DNA of 64,000 nt. Origin: a bacterium. Its GTDB lineage: Bacteria > Patescibacteriota > Saccharimonadia > Saccharimonadales > SZUA-47. The stretch spans positions 234,383 to 298,382 of the forward strand of contig JAUIBF010000001.1 in the NCBI GenBank assembly GCA_030428125.1, written 5' to 3'. This document shows, piece by piece, positions 61,836 to 64,000 of the stretch. Under the pieces are notes generated by a model that had not been told where the DNA came from, did no database searches, and saw nothing but the letters and a program-made list of their open reading frames with translations. Position 1 is the stretch's first letter, and each line of letters begins with the position of its first letter. The position numbers and the translations under genes are program-made.

Positions 61836-64000
61836 GTGAGTAAGAGATCAAAGAAAGATCGCGAGGGTTTTTGGGCGAGAGTAGCAGGCTTCTGGATGAA
61901 GCGCAGTGTGCTCTCGATTTTTATTATTGTGTTTTTACTTGCGTCAGGGGGCTATGTATATAGCTCTGTCATCTCGCGGGATGGCTTCCCGGCTTTAAGC
62001 TTGCCTCTCGTTCAAGTTTCGGTTGAACATGACATTGATAATACTATTGAAGCTGATGAAGAAATCGCAACTGTGCTTAATTCGACTGTTGGTGACATAG
62101 CAGAAGTAGAGGAAGTGCAAACTTCATCAGTAGAAGGCGCTGTTGTATCAGCGATAGTGCTTACACCCGGTAGTGATTCCGAACTTTTAAGTGAACAGAT
62201 TAAAAATGATTTAGATGAAGCCGGTTTAACAAATAGCGAAGTCCTAGAGTTGACACTCGATAACATTGGTTTCTCACTTTCTATTTCATCGACTGAGCTA
62301 GAAGGAAGAGAGCTGGAAGCACTTGCCACTAAGGTTGCCGATAGGTTAAAGCAAGAGGATGATTTGATTCTAGACGCAACAGCATCCAGTAACTACGATG
62401 CAAACGGAAACCTAATCGGATTTGGGCGATACGGTAGTCGAGATGATTCTGGTGAATTTACATTTTCATCCTCTGCGCCACTATTGCTGCAAAAGCAGGC
62501 AAGCGTAGATACACTGACGTTTTCTGATGAAGTAACAGTCCTGATTACTGAAGACTTGGTGTTAGACGGAACATTGCCTGAGCATGCCAACGTCGAATAT
62601 GTTGGTGACGGCGCACAAGCGATACGCGATCAAATAGCAGGCTTGGAGGTTAGTCTCTTCCAGTCGTTGGCTGTTGTCGCGGTCATGGTTATGGTTTTGG
62701 TCGGCTGGCGTGCTGCCGCTGTTTCAATCGTGTTTATCCCAACAGTTATGGCTGGAACAATACTGGTTATGTACGCATTAGGAGCAACACTAAACACCAT
62801 TTCGTTATTTGGATTATTGCTAGTACTTGGCCTATTTATAGACGACATTATCGTTATTGTTGAAGCTATAGATAAAGAACGTCAGCGAGGTCTGAAACGA
62901 ATTGATGCAGTTAAGGCTGCGCTTAGTAAGATTGGTTCTGCGGACGTCATGGGAAGTCTAACGACTATTGCCGTGTTCGTTCCACTCCTGACAATTACCG
63001 GGTTACTTGGTGAATTAGTCTTTGAGCTGCCTGAGGCAGTTATTATTGCGCTATCACTTTCCGTAGTGCTCGCACTAACGGCTTTCTTGTGGCTTTCATC
63101 ACTCACAGTTTCAAGGGGTGAAAAAGGCTCTGATTCTAAAGAAGCTAAAGATGATGACACCCATATTTTAGATAAGGTGCTTAACCCGATAACTAAAGTT
63201 GGGGCAGGAATAATCAATGCAATAGGTAATACGTTAGTTAAATTTGTATCAGGATATTTGAAAAGAAAAACGACTACCTTATTGGTCGCAATTTTCGGAA
63301 TTGTAGCTATAGTGCTCGGCGCTAGTTACGCTACAAAACTAGATTTCGAGATATTTCCTTCACCAGATGATTTGCCAGAAGTTAACTATAGCATCACTTT
63401 CAATGGTGCTAGTTCTGTAGAAGAGGCAGAAGAAATAGCCGCCGAAACTGATCAGCTAATCGTCGCTGAGCTCGGCGACCAAATAGAAAAGGTAGTTTAT
63501 TCAACAGGAACGATTCAATCTGCCGAAGTTGGGGTACAACTTGCAGAAGAACGAACGATGACTTCATCTGAGATCGAAGACGAGATCGCTTCGCTACTAG
63601 AAGAAAACGAAAAAGTTTCAGTTGCCTTCGGAGATCAAGGTGCGTTAGAAGCTCGATTTTCTGCAGATAGTATTGATGAACTGGTAACTTTGACAGCCGA
63701 AATACCTAGGTTTATCCAAACTCAAGATGGCGCTAATTTTGCAACCGTAGCACCGTTAACAAGCGTTGTACAGCGTTGGGATGATTCGCTTGTAGCTACA
63801 GCATTAATTAGTGTCGAAGACGATGTGACTTCAGATGATTTTTTCGAAACCTTAGGAGAGGATGCTGAAGCCGATGGCCTAGGGGTTGAAATAACAGCCG
63901 ACCAAGTAAATACACAAAATGCTATCGAAAAGAGTCAAGAAGATTCATTTAGTAGTATGGCGGTAGTATTCTTGGTTTCTATTGTGGCCGTGTCAATAAT
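61836..64000 (+). CDS. AcrB/RND-family transporter permease (runs off the window end)
   Basis: GTG after AAGAGGGG; RDGFP, LNTISLFGLLLVLGLFIDDIIVIVE and TTIAVFVPL motifs. Confidence 0.88.
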   Translation, partial: MSKRSKKDREGFWARVAGFWMKRSVLSIFIIVFLLASGGYVYSSVISRDGFPALSLPLVQVSVEHDIDNTIEADEEIATVLNSTVGDIAEVEEVQTSSVEGAVVSAIVLTPGSDSELLSEQIKNDLDEAGLTNSEVLELTLDNIGFSLSISSTELEGRELEALATKVADRLKQEDDLILDATASSNYDANGNLIGFGRYGSRDDSGEFTFSSSAPLLLQKQASVDTLTFSDEVTVLITEDLVLDGTLPEHANVEYVGDGAQAIRDQIAGLEVSLFQSLAVVAVMVMVLVGWRAAAVSIVFIPTVMAGTILVMYALGATLNTISLFGLLLVLGLFIDDIIVIVEAIDKERQRGLKRIDAVKAALSKIGSADVMGSLTTIAVFVPLLTITGLLGELVFELPEAVIIALSLSVVLALTAFLWLSSLTVSRGEKGSDSKEAKDDDTHILDKVLNPITKVGAGIINAIGNTLVKFVSGYLKRKTTTLLVAIFGIVAIVLGASYATKLDFEIFPSPDDLPEVNYSITFNGASSVEEAEEIAAETDQLIVAELGDQIEKVVYSTGTIQSAEVGVQLAEERTMTSSEIEDEIASLLEENEKVSVAFGDQGALEARFSADSIDELVTLTAEIPRFIQTQDGANFATVAPLTSVVQRWDDSLVATALISVEDDVTSDDFFETLGEDAEADGLGVEITADQVNTQNAIEKSQEDSFSSMAVVFLVSIVAVSI

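Noticed and set aside
62012..63217. Several minus-strand ORFs in the track
   Set aside because: Antisense to the open RND gene on the + strand, which the track missed because it has no stop within the window

Overview
64 kb of chromosomal DNA from a small-genome bacterium using genetic code 11. It is most likely Patescibacteria/CPR, probably Saccharimonadia. This is inferred from a short AlaRS lacking the C-Ala domain, an ftsA-like/baseplate-J pair, a Zn-finger-less LigA, no rimM in the rpsP-khpA-trmD operon and many interspersed orphan ORFs. Most genes are on the + strand. Housekeeping genes: alaS end, ruvX, mltG, obgE, sbcB, uvrA/C, rplY, trhO, pepP, secG, lemA, htpX, ligA, murF, ddl, ilvE, leuS, rpmF, nusB, rnc, rpsP, khpA and trmD. 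There are four tRNAs (Leu-GAG, Val-TAC, Ala-GGC, Gln-CTG) and a stress/redox region (NiSOD sodN/sodX, glutaredoxin, ArsR, DsbA, thioredoxin, CcdA, fused OtsAB), and the window ends in an RND transporter. No CRISPR array, prophage, transposase or integrase is visible. The most interesting signals are non-coding. (1) Hairpin-rich units end in a second copy of a gene 3' end; they follow tRNA-Gln, tRNA-Leu and alaS, and the two tRNA-linked units share a covarying TGCCTGTGGCA hairpin. (2) Two promoter/terminator-bounded candidate sRNAs, one in the usual rimM slot. (3) A long structured leader with a probable ATT start for the LysM/CHAP hydrolase. (4) Two related palindromic intergenic elements. (5) Tandem NrdR-like boxes before three orphan genes. 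(6) A doubly frameshifted WhiB.
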